Positions 63,788-64,000 of a stretch of 64,000 nt of DNA are shown here, piece after piece. The first letter of the stretch is position 1. Every line of letters starts with the position of its first letter. This stretch comes from Eledone cirrhosa (Eukaryota): positions 306,032,001-306,096,000 of the forward strand of contig OZ024742.1 of assembly GCA_964016885.1 (NCBI GenBank). Direction: 5' to 3'. Under the pieces are notes generated by a model. The model was not told the origin of the DNA, ran no database searches, and worked only from the letters and a program-made list of their open reading frames with translations. The position numbers were made by a program, and so were the translations under genes.

Positions 63788-63832
63788 AGCTTTGATAAGT
63801 ACGAAAAGGTACGAAAAAGAGCTATGTCAGCT
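63788..63832 (+). ncRNA. Hammerhead copy with stem III mutations
   Basis: AGCT-TTGATAA-GTAC..GTAC-GAAAA-AGAGCTAT-GTC-AGCT. Confidence 0.6.
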
Positions 63833-64000
63833 TTATCTCCCCTGTTTGCTGAAAATTTAAAGTAAGTGAGACTGTCACTACTCTAAAACAATAGCGTAAG
63901 GTCTTCGAAATGCTTTTTAATTAACCATACAGTGTATTGCAAAATACACTATATATACATTCATATATATATATATATATACGATATTAAACAAATGGAA

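Larger units (their letters stand above)
62962..63970. mobile_element. About 320-bp hammerhead-containing repeat array, ~1.4 units on one strand then ~1.7 units inverted (retrozyme/pLTR-like)
   Basis: Unit recurs at ~62965/63285; inversion point ~63421; recurs at 63441/63761 in the other orientation. Confidence 0.85.

Noticed and set aside
62962-63970. CRISPR-like array
   Set aside because: Units are about 320 bp with no unique spacers and no cas genes, in a eukaryotic context.

Overview
Eukaryotic, AT-rich, microsatellite-dense DNA with no recognisable host gene. The SINE families and repeat landscape suggest a cephalopod such as Octopus (inference). Almost all of the window is mobile-element derived, and the elements sort by the microsatellite they sit in. 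(1) Five Tx1/L1-clade non-LTR retrotransposon copies (APE-RT-zf ORF2; RRM-like + CCHC ORF1) are all bounded by (ATT)n. Four of them form a 16.6-kb head-to-tail array (37475-54050) nested inside a small Tc1/mariner-type MITE (26-bp TIRs, TA TSD; 37235-54146). (2) A Neptune-like Penelope element (RT + Zn-finger + GIY-YIG) has 1.3-kb inverted pLTR arms (23648-29149). About ten non-coding fold-back or tandem cassettes sit in (TA)n, most carrying type I hammerhead ribozyme motifs. These include U3-A8 core variants, a U4A variant, a form without stem II, a form with a 103-nt stem II, and tandem retrozyme-like arrangements. (3) The rest comprises R4/Dong and RTE LINE remnants, tRNA-derived SINEs whose 3' end resembles the Tx1 3' end, and a 75-bp MITE. 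The Tx1 copies also show a shared +1 frame break in ORF1 and a candidate 52-nt intron that would fuse ORF1 to ORF2 in frame. All alignments and RNA folds were done by eye; no ribozyme activity is demonstrated.
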